Source: Squalus acanthias (lineage: Eukaryota). From it: DNA of 64,000 bases. Each line of letters opens with the position of its first letter. Within the stretch, counting starts at the first letter, position 1. The translations under genes were made by a program, and so were the position numbers. Below the pieces are notes generated by a model. That model did not search any database and was not told the origin of the DNA. It saw only the letters and a program-made list of their open reading frames with translations. Below, in pieces: positions 20,701-35,700 of this stretch. Where the stretch lies: assembly GCA_030390025.1 (NCBI GenBank), contig JASTWF010000337.1, forward strand, positions 186,001 to 250,000, in the 5' to 3' direction.

Positions 20701-23700
20701 TCAGCACTCCCTGTTGCTGTGCTCTCCATCAACACTCCCTGTTACTGTGCTCTCTATCAACACTCCCTGTTACTGCGCTCTCTATCAGCACTCCATGTTA
20801 CTGCGCTCTCTATCAGCACTCCATGTTACTGCGCTCTCTATCAGCACTCACTGTTACTGTGCTCTCCATCAACACTCCCTGTTACTGTGCTCTCTATCAA
20901 CACTCCCTGTTACTGCGCTCTCTATCAGCACTCCATGTTACTGCGCTCTCTATCAACACTCCCTGTTACTGCGCTCTCTATCAGCACTCCATGTTACTGC
21001 GCTCTCTATCAACACTCCCTGTTACTGTGCTCTCTATCAGCACTCCCTGTTGCTGTGCTCTCTATCAGCACTCCCTGTTGCTGTGCTCTCTATCAGCACT
21101 CACTGTTACTGTGCTCTCTATCAGCACTCACTGTTACTCTGCTCTCTATCAGCACTCACTGTTACTGTGCTCTCTATCAGCACTCCCTGTTGCTGTGCTC
21201 TCTATCAGCACTCACTGTTACTGCGCTCTCTATCAGCACTCCCTGTTGCTGTGCTCTCTATCAGCACTCACTGTTACTGTGCTCTCTATCAGCACTCACT
21301 GTTACTGTGCTCTCTATCAGCACTCCCTGTTGCTGTGCTCTCTATCAGCACTCCCTGTTACTGTGCTCTCTATCAGCAGTCATTGTTACTGCGCTCTCTA
21401 TCAGCACTCCCTGTTGCTGCGCTCTCTATCAGCACTCCCTGTTGCTGCGCTCTCTATCAGCACTCACTGTTACTGTGCTCTCTATCAACACTCCCTGTTA
21501 CTGCGCTCTCTATCAACACTCACTGATACTGTGCTCTCTATCAGCACTCCCTGTTACTGTGCTCTCTATCAGTACTCACAGTTACTGTGCTCTCTATCAG
21601 CACTCCATGTTACTGTGCTCTCTATCAGCACTCCATGTTACTGCGCTCTCTATCAGCACTCACTGTTACTGTGCTCTCTATCTGCACTCACTGTTACTGT
21701 GCTCTCTATCAGCACTCCCTGTTACTGTGCTCTCTATCAGCATTCCATGTTACTGTGCTCTCTATCAGCACTCACTGTTACTGTGCTCTCTATCTGCACT
21801 CACTGCTACTGCGCTCTCTATCAGCATTCCCTGTTACTGTGCTCTCTATCAGCATTCCATGTTACTGTGCTCTCTATCAGCACTCACTGTTACTGTGCTC
21901 TCTATCAGCATTTACTGTTACTGTGCTCTCTATTGGCACTCACTGTTACTGTGCTCTCTATCAGCTCTCCCTGTTACTGTGCTCTCTATCAGCTCTCCCT
22001 GTTACTGTGCTCTCTATCAGCTCTCCCTGTTACTGCGCTCTCTATCAGCACTCCCTGTTACTGTGCTCTCTATCAGCACTCCCTGTTACTGTGCTCTCTA
22101 TCAGCTCTCCCTGTTACTGTGCTCTCTACTGGCACTCCCTGTTACTGTGCTCTCTATCAGCTCTCCCTGTTACTGCGCTCTCTATCAGCACTCCCTGTTA
22201 CTGTGCTCTCTATCAGCACTCCCTGTTACTGTGCTCTCTATCAGCTCTCCCTGTTACTGTGCTCTCTATCGGCACTCCCTGTTACTGTGCTCTCTATCAG
22301 CACTCACTGTTACTGTGCTCTCTATCAGCACTCCATGTTACTGTGCTCTCTACTGGCACTCCCTGTTACTGTGCTCTCTATCAGCACTCCCTGTTACTGT
22401 GCTCTCTACTGGCACTCCCTGTTACTGTGCTCTCTATCAGCACTCCCTGTTACTGCGCTCTCTACCAGCACTTACTGTTACTGTGCTCTCTATCAGCACT
22501 CCCTGTTACTGTGCTCTCTACTGGCACTCCCTGTTACTGTGCTCTCTATCAACACTTACTGTTACTGTGCTCTCTATCAACACTTACTGTTACTGTGCTC
22601 TCTATCAGCTCTCCCTTTACTGTGCTCTCTATCAGCACTCACTGTTACTGTGCTCTCTATCAGCACTCACTGTTACTGTGCTCTCTATCAGTACTCACAG
22701 TTACTGTGCTCTCTATCAGCACTCCATGTTACTGCGCTCTCTACCAGCACTCACTGTTACTGTGCTCTCTATCAGCACTCACTGTTACTGTGCTCTCTAT
22801 CAGCACTCCATGTTACTGCGCTCTCTATCAGCACTCACTTTTACTGCGATCTCTATCAGCACTCCCTTTTACTGCGCTCTCTGTCTGCACTCACTGTTAC
22901 TGTGCTCTCTATCAGCACTCACTGTTTCAGTTCTCTCTATAAGCACTCACTGATACTGTGCTCTCTATCAGCATTCACTGTTACTGTGCTCTCTATCAAC
23001 ACATACTTTTACTGTGCTCTCTATCAGCCCTCCCTGTTACTGTGCTCTCTATCAGCACTCACTGTTACTGTGCTCTCTATCAGCCCTCCCTGTTACTGTG
23101 CTCTCTATCACCCATCCCTGACACTGCGCTCTCTATCAGCCCTCCCTGACACTGCGCTCTCTATCTGCACTCCCTGTTACCGTGCTCTCTATCAGCACTC
23201 ACTGTTACTGTGCTCTCTATCAGCCCTCCCTGACACTGAGCTCTCTATCAGCCCTCCCTGACACTGTGCTCTCTATCTGCACTCCCTGTTACCGTGCTCT
23301 CTATCAGCACTCACTGTTACTGAGCTCTCTATCAGCCCTCCCTGACACTGAGCTCTCTATCAGCCCTCCCTGACACTGAGCTCTCTATCAGCACTCCCTG
23401 TTACTGTGCTCTCTATCAGCACTCACTGTTACTGTCCTCTCTACCAGCACTCACTGTTACTGTGCTCTCTATCAGCACTCCCTGTTACTGCGCTCTCTAT
23501 CAGCACTCCCTTATACTGTGCGCTCTGTCAGCACTCAATGTTACTGCGCTGTCTATCAGCACTCCCTGATACTGTGCTCTCTATCAACAGTCTCTGATAC
23601 TGTGCTCTCTATCAGCACTCCCTGTTACTGCGCTCTCTATCAGCACTCCCTTATACTGTGCGCTCTGTCAGCACTCAATGTTACTGCGCTGTCTATCAGC

Positions 23701-26700
23701 TCTCCCTGTTACTGTGCTCTCTATCAGCACTCCCTGTTACTGTGCTCTCTATCAGCTCTCCCTGTTACTGTGCTCTCTATCATCACTCCCTGTTACTGTG
23801 CTCTCTATCAGCTCTCCCTGTTACTGTGCTCTCTATCCACACTCTATGTTACTGGGATCTCTATCAGCACTGCCTCTTACTGTGCTCTCTAGTAGCATTG
23901 ACTGTTACTGTGCTCTCGATCAGCACTCCCTGTTTCTGCGCTCTCTAGTAGCACTGCCTCTTACTCTGCTCTTTATCAGCACTAACTGTTACTGTGCTCT
24001 CTATCAGCACTCCCATTTACTGCGATCTCTATCAGCACTCGCTTTTATTGCGCTCTTTATCAGCACTCCCTGTTACTGTGTACTCTATCTGCACTCGCGG
24101 TTACTGTGCTCTCTGTCAGCACTCACTGGTACTGTGCTCTCTATCAGCACTCACTGTTACTGTGCTCTCTATCTGCAGTCCCTCTTACTGCGCTCTCTAT
24201 CAGCACTCACTGTTACTGTTCTCTCTATCAGCACTCCCTGACATTATGCTCTCTAATTGCACTCCCTGTTACTGCGCTCTCTATCAGCACTCACTGTTAC
24301 TGCGCTCTCTATCAGCATTCCCTGTTACTGTGCTCTCTATCTGCACTCACTGCTACTGCGCTCTCTATCAACACTCCCTGATACTGTGCTCTCTATCAGC
24401 ATTCCCTGTTACTGTGCTCTCTGTCAGCACTCCCTGTACTGTGCTCTCTATCAGCACTCACTGTTACTGTGCTCTCTATCTGCAGTCCCTCTTACTGCGC
24501 TCTCTATCAGCACTCACTGTTACTGTTCTCTCTATCAGCACTCCCTGTACATGTGCTCTCTATCTGCACTCCCTGTTACTGCGCTCTCTATCAGCACTCA
24601 CTGTTACTGCGCTCTCTATCAGCATTCCCTGTTACTGTGCTCTCTATCAGCACTCACTGTTACTGCGCTCTCTATCAGCACTCCCTGTTACTGTGCTCTC
24701 TATCAGCACTCACTGTTACTGTGCTCTCTATCAGCACTCACTGATACTGTGCTCTCTATCAACACTCCCTGTTACTGTGCTCTCTATCTGCACTCCCTGT
24801 TACTGTGCTCTCTGTCAGCTCTCCCTGTTACTGCGCTCTCTAAAAGCACTCCCTGTTACTGTGCTCTCTATCAGCTCTCCCTGTTACTGTGCTCTCTCTC
24901 AGCACTCCCTGTTACTGCGCTCTCTATCAGCTCTCTCTGTTACTGTGCTCTCTATCAGCACTCCCTGTTACTGTGCTCTCTATCAGCACTCCCTGTTACT
25001 GTGCTCTCTATCAGCACTCCCTGTTACTGTGCTCTCTATCAGCACTCACTGTTACTGTGCTCTCTATCAGCACTCCCTGTTACTGCGCTCTCTATCAGCA
25101 CTCCCTGTTACTGTGCTCTCTATCAGCACTCCCTGTTACTGTGCTCTCTATCAGCACTCCCTGTTACTGTGCTCTCTATCAGCACTCCCTGTTACTGTGC
25201 TCTCTATCAGCACTCACTGTTACTGTGCTCTCTATCAGCACTCACTGTTACTGCTGCTCTCTATCAGCACTCCCTGTTACTGTGCTCTCTATCAGCACTC
25301 CCTGTTACTGTGCTCTCTATCAGCACTCCCTGTTACTGTGCTCTCTATCAGCACTCACTGTTACTGTGCTCTCTATCAGCACTCCCTGTTACTGTGCTCT
25401 CTATCAGCACTCCCTGTTACTGTGCTCTCTATCAACATTCACTGTTACTGTGCTCTCTATCAGCACTCCCTTTTACTGCACTCTCCATCAGCTCTCCCTG
25501 TTACTGTGCCCTCCATCAGCACTCCCTGTTACTGTGCTCTCTATCAGCACTACCGGTTACTCTGCTCTCTAGTAGCATTCACTGTTACTGCACTCTCTAT
25601 CAACACTCACTGTTACTGTGCTCTCTATCAGCACTCCCTGTTACTGCACTCTCTATCAACACTCACTGTTACTGTGCTCTCTATCAACACTCCCTGATAC
25701 TGTGCTCTCTAGCAGCACTCCCTGTTACTGTGCGCTCTATCTGCACTCCCTGATACTATGCTCTTTATCAACACTCCCTGATACTGCTTTCTATCAGCAC
25801 TCACCCTTACTGTGCTCTCTATCAGAGCTTCTTACAGCGATCTCCATCAGCACTGCCTCTTACTCTGCTCTCTATCTGCACTCACTTTTACTGCAATCTC
25901 TATCAGCACTCCCTTTTACTGCGCTCTCTGTCTGCACTCACTGTTATTATGCTCTCTATCAGCACTCCATATTACTGTGCTCTCTATCAGCACTCCCTGT
26001 TACTGCGCTCTCTATCAGCACTCCATGTTACTGTGCTCTCTATCAGCACTCCCTGTTACTGTGCTCTCTATCAGCACTCCCTGTTACTGTGCTCTCTATC
26101 AGCACTCCCTGTTACTGTGCTCTCTATCAGCACTCCCTGTTACTGTGCTCTCTATCAGCACTCCCTGTTACTGTGCTCTCTATCAGCACTCCCTGTTACT
26201 GTGCTCTCTATCAGCACTCCCTGTTACTGTGCTCTCTATCAGCACTCCCTGTTACTGTGCTCTCTATCAGCACTCCTGTTACTGTGCTCTCTATCAGCAC
26301 TCCCTGTTACTGTGCTCTCTATCAGCACTCACTGTTACTGTGCTCTCTATCAGCACTCCCTGTTACTGTGCTCTCTATCAGCACTCACTGTTACTGTGCT
26401 CTCTATCAGCACTCACTGTTACTGTGCTCTCTATCAGCACTCCCTGTTACTGTGCTCTCTAGTAGCATTGACTGTTACTGTGCTCTCGATCAGCACTCCC
26501 TGTTTCTGCGCTCTCTATTAGCACTGCCTGTTACTCGTGCTCTCCATCAGCACACCCTGTTACTGTGTTCTCTATCAGCAATCCCTGTTACTGTGTTCTC
26601 TATCAGAACTCTGTTACTGCGATCTCTATCAGCACTCCTTCTTACTCTGCTCTCTATCAGCACTCACTGTTACTGTGCTCTCTATCAGCACTCCCTGTTA

Positions 26701-29700
26701 CTGCGCTCTCTATCAGCACTCCCTGTTACTGTGCTCTCTATCAGCACTCCCTGTTACTGTGCTCTCTATCAGCACTCACTGTTACTGTGCTCTCTATCAG
26801 CACTCACTGTTACTGTGCTCTCTATCAGCACTCCCTGTTACTGTGCTCTCTATCTGCACTCCCTGTTACTGTGCTCTCTATCAGCACTCCCTTTTACTGC
26901 GTTCTCTGTCAGCTCTCCCTGAAACTGTGCTCTCTATCAGCACTCCCTGAAACTGTGCTCTCTATCAGCACTCCTTCTTACTGCGCTCTTTATCAGCACT
27001 CCCTGTTACTGTGCACTCTGTCAGCACTCGCGGTTACTGTGCTCTCTGTCAGCACTCACTGTTACTGTGCTCTCTATCTGCACTCCCTGTTACTGCGCTC
27101 TCTATCAGCATTCCCTGTTACTGTGCTCTCTATCTGCACTCACTGCTACTGCGCTCTCTATCAACACTCCCTGATACTGTGCTCTCTATCAGCATTCCCT
27201 GTTACTGTGCTCTCTATCTGCACTCACTGCTACTGCGCTCTCTATCAACACTCCCTGATACTGTGCTCTCTATCAGCATTCCCTGTTACTGTGCTCTCTA
27301 TCTGCACTCCCTGTTACTGTGCTCTCTGTCAGCTCTCCCTGATACTGCGCTCTCTAAAAGCACTCCCTGTTACTGTGCTCTCTATCAGCTCTCCCTGTTA
27401 CTGTGCTCTCTATCAGCATTCCCTGTTACTGTGCTCTCTATCAAAACTCTCTGTTACTGCGATCTGTATCAGCACTGCCTCTTACTCTGCTCTCTATCAG
27501 CACTCCCTGTTACTGTGCTCTCTATCAGCACTCACTGTTACTGGGCTCTCTATCAGCACTCCCTGTTACTGCGGTCTCTATCAGCCCTCCATGACACTGT
27601 GCTCTCTATCAGCACTCCCTGTTACTGCGCCCTCTGTCCGCACTCCTTTTAACTGCGCTCCCTATCTGCACTCCCTAATACTGTGCTCTCTATCAACATT
27701 CATTGTTACTCTGCTCTCTAGTAGCATTCACTGTTACTGTGCTCTCTCTCAGCACTCACTGTTACTGTGCTCTCTCTCAGCACTCACTGTTACTGTGCTC
27801 TCTATCAGCACTCCCTGTTACTGCACTCTCTATCAACACTCACTGTTACTGTGCTCTCTATCTGCACTCCCTGATACTATGCTCTTTATCAACACTCCCT
27901 GATACTGCTTTCTATCAGCACTCACCCTTACTGTGCTCTCTATCAGAGCTTGTTACTGCGCTCTCTATCAGCACTGCCTGTTACTCTGCTCTCTATCAGC
28001 ACTCACTGTTACTGCTGCTCTCTATCAGCACTCCCTGTTACTGTGCTCTCTATCAGCACTCACTGTTACTGTGCTCTCTATCAGCACTCCCTGTTACTGT
28101 GCTCTCTATCAGCACTCACTGTTACTGTGCTCTCTATCAGCACTCACAGTTACTGTGCTCTCTATCAGCACTCCCTGTTACTGTGCTCTCTATCAGCACT
28201 CCCTGTTACTGTGCTCTCTATCAGCACTCCCTGTTACTGTGCTCTCTATCAGCACTCACTGTTACTGCGCTCTCTATCAGCACTCCCTGTTACTGTGCTC
28301 TCTATCAGCACTCCCTGTTACTGTGCTCTCTATCAGCACTCCCTGTTACTGTGCTCTCTATCAGCACTCCCTGATACTGTGCTCTCTATCAGCACTCCCT
28401 GTTACTGTGCTCTCTATCAGCACTCCCTGTTACTGTGCTCTCTATCAGCACTCCCTGTTACTGTGCTCTCTATCAGCACTCCCTGTTACTGTGCTCTCTA
28501 TCAGCACTCCCTGTTACTGTGCTCTCTATCAGCACTCACTGTTACTGTGCTCTCTATCAGCACTCCCTGTTACTGTGCTCTCTATCAGCACTCCCTGTTA
28601 CTGTGCTCTCTATCAGCACTCCCTGTTACTGTGCTCTCTATCAGCACTCCCTGTTACTGTGCTCTCTATCAGCACTCCCTGTTACTGTGCTCTCTATCAG
28701 CACTCCCTGTTACTGTGCTCTCTATCAGCACTCACTGTTACTGTGCTCTCTATCAGCACTCCCTGTTACTGTGCTCTCTATCAGCACTCCCTGTTACTGT
28801 GCTCTCTATCAGCACTCACTGTTACTGTGCTCTCTATCAGCACTCCCTGTTACTGTGCTCTCTATCAGCACTCCCTGTTACTGTGCTCTCTATCAGCACT
28901 CCCTGTTACTGTGCTCTCTATCAGCACTCACTGTTACTGTGCTCTCTATCAGCACTCCCTGTTACTGTGCTCTCTATCAGAACTCTGTTACTGCGATCTC
29001 TATCAGCACTGCTTCTTACTCTGCTCTATATCAGCACTAACTGTTACTGTGCTCTCTATCAGCACTCCCTTTTACTGCGATCTCTATCAGCACTCGCTTT
29101 TATTGCGCTCTCTATCAGCACTCCCTGTTACTGTGCTCTCTAGTTGCATTCACTGTTACTGTGCTCTCTATCAGCACTCACTGTTACTGTGCACTCTATC
29201 TGCACTCCCTGTTACTGTGCACTCTGTCAGCACTCGCGGTTACTGTGCTCTCTGTCAGCACTCACTGTTACTGTGCTCTCTATCAGCACTCCATGTTACT
29301 GTGCTCTCTATCAGCACTCCTTCTTACTGCGCTCTTTATCAGCACTCCCTGTTACTGTGCTCTCTGTCAGCACTCACTGTTACTGTGCTCTCTCTCAGCA
29401 CTCACTGTTACTGCGCTCTCTATCTGCACTCGCTGTTACTGCACTCTCTATCAACACTCCCTGATACTATGCTCTCTATCTGCACTCACTGTTATTGTGC
29501 TCTCTATCAGCACTCACTGTTGCTGTGCTCTCTATCGGCACTCATGTTACTGTGCTCTCTATCAGCATTCACTGTTACTGTGCTCACTATCAGCACTCCC
29601 TGTTACTGCGCTCTCTGTCAGCGCTCACGGTTACCGTGCACTCTATCAACACTCCCTGTTACTGTGCTCTCTATCAGTACACTGTTACTGCGATCTCTAT

Positions 29701-32700
29701 CAGCACTGCCTCTTACTCTGCTCTTTATCAGCACTAACTGTTACTGTGCTCTCTATCAGCACTCCCATTTACTGCGATCTCTATCAGCACTCGCTTTTAT
29801 TGCGCTCTCTATCAGCACTCCCTGTTACTGCGATCTCTATCTGCACTTCCGTTTACTCTGCTCGATATCAGAACTCACTGTTACTGTGCTCTTTATCAGC
29901 ACTCCTTCTTACTGCGCTCTTTATCAGCACTCCCTGTTACTGTGCTCTCTATCTGCAGTCCCTCTTACTGCGCTCTCTATCAGCACTCACTGTTACTGTG
30001 CTCTCTATCAGCTTTCCCTGTTACTGTGCTCTCTATCTGCACTCACTGCTACTGTGCTCTCTATCTGCAGTCCCTCTTACTGCGCTCTCTATCAGCACTC
30101 ACTGTTACTGTTCTCTCTATCAGCACTCACTGGTACTGTGCTCTCTATCAGCACTCACTGTTACTGTGCTCTCTATCTGCAGTCCCTCTTACTGCGCTCT
30201 CTATCAGCACTCACTGTTACTGTTCTCTCTATCAGCACTCCCTGACATTATGCTCTCTAATTGCACTCCCTGTTACTGCGCTCTCTATCAGCACTCACTG
30301 TTACTGCGCTCTCTATCAGCTTTCCCTGTTACTGTGCTCTCTATCTGCACTCACTGCTACTGCGCTCTCTATCAACACTCCCTGATACTGTGCTCTCTAT
30401 CAGCATTCCCTGTTACTGTGCTCTCTGTCAGCACTCCCTGTACTGTGCTCTCTATCAGCACTCACTGTTACTGTGCTCTCTATCAGCACTCCCTGTTACT
30501 GCGCTCTCTATCAGCACTCACTGTTACTGTGCTCTCTATCAGCACTCCCTGTACTGTGCTCTCTATCAGCACTCCCTGTTACTGCGCTCTCTATCAGCAC
30601 TCACTGTTACTGCGCTCTCTATCAGCACTCCCTGTTACTGTGCTCTCTATCAGCACTCACTGCTACTGCGCTCTCTATCAGCACTCCCTGTTACTGTGCT
30701 CTCTATCAGCACTCCCTGTTACTGTGCTCTCTATCAGCACTCACTGTTACTGCGCTCTCTATCAACACTCCCTGTTACTGTGCTCTCTATCAGCACTCAC
30801 TGTTACTGTGCTCTCTATCAGCAGTCCCTCTTACTGCGCTCTCTATCAGCACTCACTGTTACTGTTCTCTCTATCAGCACTCCCTGACATTATGCTCTCT
30901 AATTGCACTCCCTGTTACTGCGCTCTCTATCAGCACTCACTGTTACTGCGCTCTCTATCAGCATTCCCTGTTACTGTGCTCTCTATCTGCACTCACTGCT
31001 ACTGCGCTCTCTATCAACACTCCCTGATACTGTGCTCTCTATCAGCATTCCCTGTTACTGTGCTCTCTATCTGCACTCACTGCTACTGCGCTCTCTATCA
31101 ACACTCCCTGATACTGTGCTCTCTATCTGCACTCCCTGTTACTGTGCTCTCTGTCAGCTCTCCCTGATACTGCGCTCTCTAAAAGCACTCCCTGTTACTG
31201 TGCTCTCTATCAGCTCTCCCTGTTACTGTGCTCTCTCTCAGCACTCCCTGTTACTGCGCTCTCTATCAGCTCTCTCTGATACTGTGCTCTCTATCAGCAT
31301 TCCCTGTTACTGTGCTCTCTATCAAAACTCTCTGTTACTGCGATCTGTATCAGCACTGCCTCTTACTCTGCTCTCTATCAGCACTCACTGTTACTGGGCT
31401 CTCTATCAGCACTCCCTGTTACTGCGGTCTCTATCAGCCCTCCATGACACTGTGCTCTCTATCAGCACTCCCTGTTACTGCGCTCTCTATCAGCACTCCC
31501 TGTTACTGTGCTCTCTTTCAGCACTCCCTGTTACTGTGCTCTCTATCAGCACTCACTGTTACTGTGCTCTCTATCAGCACTCCCTGTTACTGTGCTCTCT
31601 ATCAGCACTCACTGTTACTGTGCTCTCTATCAGCACTCCCTGTTACTGTGCTCTCTATCAGCACTCCCTGTTACTGTGCTCTCTATCAGCACTCCCTGTT
31701 ACTGTGCTCTCTATCAGCACTCCCTGTTACTGTGCTCTCTATCAGCACTCCCTGTTACTGTGCTCTCTATCAGCACTCCCTGTTACTGTGCTCTCTATCA
31801 GCACTCACTGTTACTGTGCTCTCTATCAGCACTCCTGTTACTGTGCTCTCTATCAGCACTCCCTGTTACTGTGCTCTCTATCAGCACTCCCTGTTACTGT
31901 GCTCTCTATCAGCACTCCCTGTTACTGAGCTCTCTATCAGCACTCACTGTTACTGTGCTCTCTATCAGCACTCCCTGTTACTGCGCTCTCTATCAGCACT
32001 CACTGTTACTGTGCTCTCTATCAGCACTCCCTGTTACTGTGCTCTCTATCAGCACTCCCTGTTACTGTGCTCTCTATCAGCACTCCCTGTTACTGTGCTC
32101 TCTATCAGCACTCCCTGTTACTGTGCTCTCTATCAGCACTCACCCTGTACTGTGCTCTCTATCAGCACTCCTGTTACTGTGCTCTCTATCAGCACTCCTG
32201 TTACTGTGCTCTCTATCAGCACTCACTGTTACTGCGCTCTCTATCAGCACTCCCTGTTACTGTGCTCTCTATCAGCACTCCCTGTTACTGTGCTCTCTAT
32301 CAGCACTCCATGTTACTGTGCTCTCTATCAGCACTCCCTGTTACTGTGCTCTCTATCAGCACTCACTGTTACTGTGCTCTCTATCAGCACTCCCTGTTAC
32401 TGTGCTCTCTATCAGCACTCCCTGTTACTGTGCTCTCTATCAGCACTCCCTGTTACTGTGCTCTCTATCAGCACTCCCTGTTACTGTGCTCTCTATCAGC
32501 ACTCCCTGATACTGTGCTCTCTATCAGCACTCACTGTTACTGTGCTCTCTATCAGCACTCCCTTTTACTGTGCTCTCTATCAGCACTCCCTGTTACTGTG
32601 CTCTCTATCAGCACTCACTGTTACTGCGCTCTCTTTCAGCACTCCCTTTTACTGTGCTCTCTATCAGCACTCCCTGACACTGTGCTCTCTGTCATCACTC

Positions 32701-35700
32701 GCTGTTACTGTGCTCTCTGTCATCACTCACTGATACTGTGCTCTCTATCAGCACTCACTGTTACTGTGCTCTCTATCAGCACTCCATGTTACTGTGCTCT
32801 CTATCAGCACTCACTGTTACTGCGATCTCTTTCAGCACTCCCTGTTACTGTGCTCTCTATCAGAACTCCGTTACTGCAATCTCTATCAGCACTGCCTCTT
32901 ACTCTGCTCAATATCAGCACTCACTGTTACTGTGCTGTCTATCAGCACACCATTTCACTGCGATCTCTATCAGCACTCACTGTTACTGTGCTCTCTATCA
33001 ACACTCCCTTTTATTGCGCTCTCTATCAGCACTCCCTGTTACTGCGATCTCTATCAGCACTCCCTTTTACTCTGCTCTATATCAGCACTCACTGTTACTG
33101 CGCTCTCTGTCAGCGCTCACTGTTACCGCGCACTCTATCAGCACTTCCTGTTACTGTGCTCTCTATCAGCACTCACTGTTGCTGTGCTCTCTATCAGCAC
33201 TCCCTGTTACTGTGCTCTCTATCAGCACTCACTGTTGCTGTGCTCTCTATCAGCACTCACTGTTACCGCGCACTCTATCAGCACTTCCTGTTACTGTGCT
33301 CTCTATCAGCACTCACTGTTGCTGTGCTCTCTATCAGCACTCACTGTTACTGCGCTCTCTATCAGCACTCCCTGTTACTGTGCTCTCTATCAGCACTCAC
33401 TGTTGCTGTGCTCTCTATCAGCACTCCATGTTACTGTGCTCTCTATCAACACATACTTTTACTGCGCTCTCTATCAGTACTCACAGTTACTGTGCTCTCT
33501 ATCATCACTTACTGTTACTGTGCTCTCTATCAGCACTCCCTGTTACTGTGCTCTCTATCAACACTCCCTGTTACTGTGCTCTCTATCAGAACTCTGTTAC
33601 TGCGATCTCTATCAGCACTGCTTCTTACTCTGCTCTCTATCAGCACTCACTGTTACTGTGCTCTCTATCAGCACTCCCTTTTACTGCGATCTCTATCAGC
33701 ACTCGCTTTTATTGCGCTCTCTATCAGCACTCCCTGTTACTGTGCTCTCTAGTTGCATTCACTGTTACTGTGCTCTCTATCAGCACTCACTGTTACTGTG
33801 CTCTCTATCAGCACTCCCTGATACTGTGCTCTCTATCAGCACTCCCTGTTACTGTGCTCTCTATCAACACATACTTTTACTGTGCTCTCTATCAGCACTC
33901 CCTGTTACTGTGCTCTCTATCAGTACTCACAGTTACTGTGCTCTCTATCAACACTTACTGTTACTGTGCTCTCTATCAGCACTCCCTGTTACTGTGCTCT
34001 CTATCAGCACTCCCTGTTACTGTGCTCTCTATCAGCACTCCCTGTTACTGTGCTCTCTATCAGGCACTCAATGTTACTGTGCTCTCTATCAGCACTCACT
34101 GTTACTGTGCTCTCTATCAGCACTCCCTGTTACTGTGCTCTCTATCAGCACTCCCTGTTGCTGTGCTCTCTATCAGCACTCCTGTTACTGTGCTCTCTAT
34201 CAGCACTCCCTGATACTGTGCTCTCTATCAGCACTCCCTGTTACTGTGCTCTCTATCAGCACTCACTGTTACTGCGCTCTCTATCAGCACTCCATGTTAC
34301 TGTGCTCTCTATCAGCACTCCCTGTTACTGTGCTCTCTATCAGCACTCCCTGTTACTGTGCTCTCTATCAGCACTCACTGTTACTGCGCTCTCTATCAGC
34401 ACTCCATGTTGCTGTGCTCTCTATCAGCACTCCCTGTTACTGTGCTCTCTATCTGCACTCACTCTTACAGTGCACTCTATCAGCACTCGCTTTTACTGTG
34501 CTCTCTATCAGCACTCCCTTTTACTGTGCTCTCTATCAGCACTCCCTTTTACTGTGCTCTCTATCAGCACTCACTGTTCCTGCGTTCTCTATCAGCACTC
34601 CATATTACTGTGCTCTCTATCAGCAACTCACTGTTACTTTGCTCTCTATTAGCACTAACTTTTACTGCACTCTCTATCAGCACTCACTGTTACTGCGCTC
34701 TCTATCAGCACTCCATACAACTGTGCTCTCTATCATCACTCCCTTTTACTGTGCTGTCTGTCAGCACTCACTGTTACTGTGCTCTCTATCAGCACTCCCT
34801 GTTACTTTGCTCTCTATTAGCACTAACTTTTACTGCACTCTCTATCAGCACTCCCTGTTACTGTGCTCTCTATCAGCACTCCCTGCTACTGTGCTCTCTA
34901 TCAGCACTCCATATTACTGCGCTCTCTATCAGCACTCACTTTTAATGCTATCTGTATCAGCACTCCCTGTTACTGTGCTCTCTATCAGCACTCACTGTTA
35001 CTGTGCTCTCTATCAGCACTCCCTGTTACTGTGCTCTCTATCAGCACTCACTGTTACTGTGCTCTCTATCAGCACTCCCTGTTACTGTGCTCTCTATCAG
35101 CACTCCCTGTTACTGTGCTCTCTATCAGCACTCCCTTTCACTGCGCTCTCTATCAGCACTCCCTTTTACTGCTTTCTCTATCAGCACTCCCTGTTACTGT
35201 GCTCTCTATCAGCACTCACTGTTACTGCAGCTCTCTATCAGCACTCCATGTTACTGTGCTCTCTATCATCACTTCCTTTTACTGTGCTCTCTATCAGCAC
35301 TCACTGTTCCTGCGCTCTCTATCAGCACTCCATGTTACTGTGCTCTCTATCAGCACTCCCTGTTACTGCTGCTCTCTATCAGCACTCCCTGTTACTGTGC
35401 TCTCTATCAGCACTCACTGTTACTGTGCTCTCTATCAGCACTCACTGTTACTGCGCTCTCTATCAGCACTCCCTATAACTGTGCTCTCTATCGTCACTCC
35501 CTTTTACTGTGCTCTCTATCAGCACTCACTGTTCCTGCGTTCTCTATCAGCACTCCATATTACTGTGCTCTCTATCAGCAGTCCCTGTTGCTGTGCTCTC
35601 TATCAGCAGTCCCTGTTGCTGTGCTCTCTATCAGTACTCCCTGTTGCTGTGCTCTCTATCAGCACTCTCTGTTACTGTGACCTCTATCAGCACTCCCTGA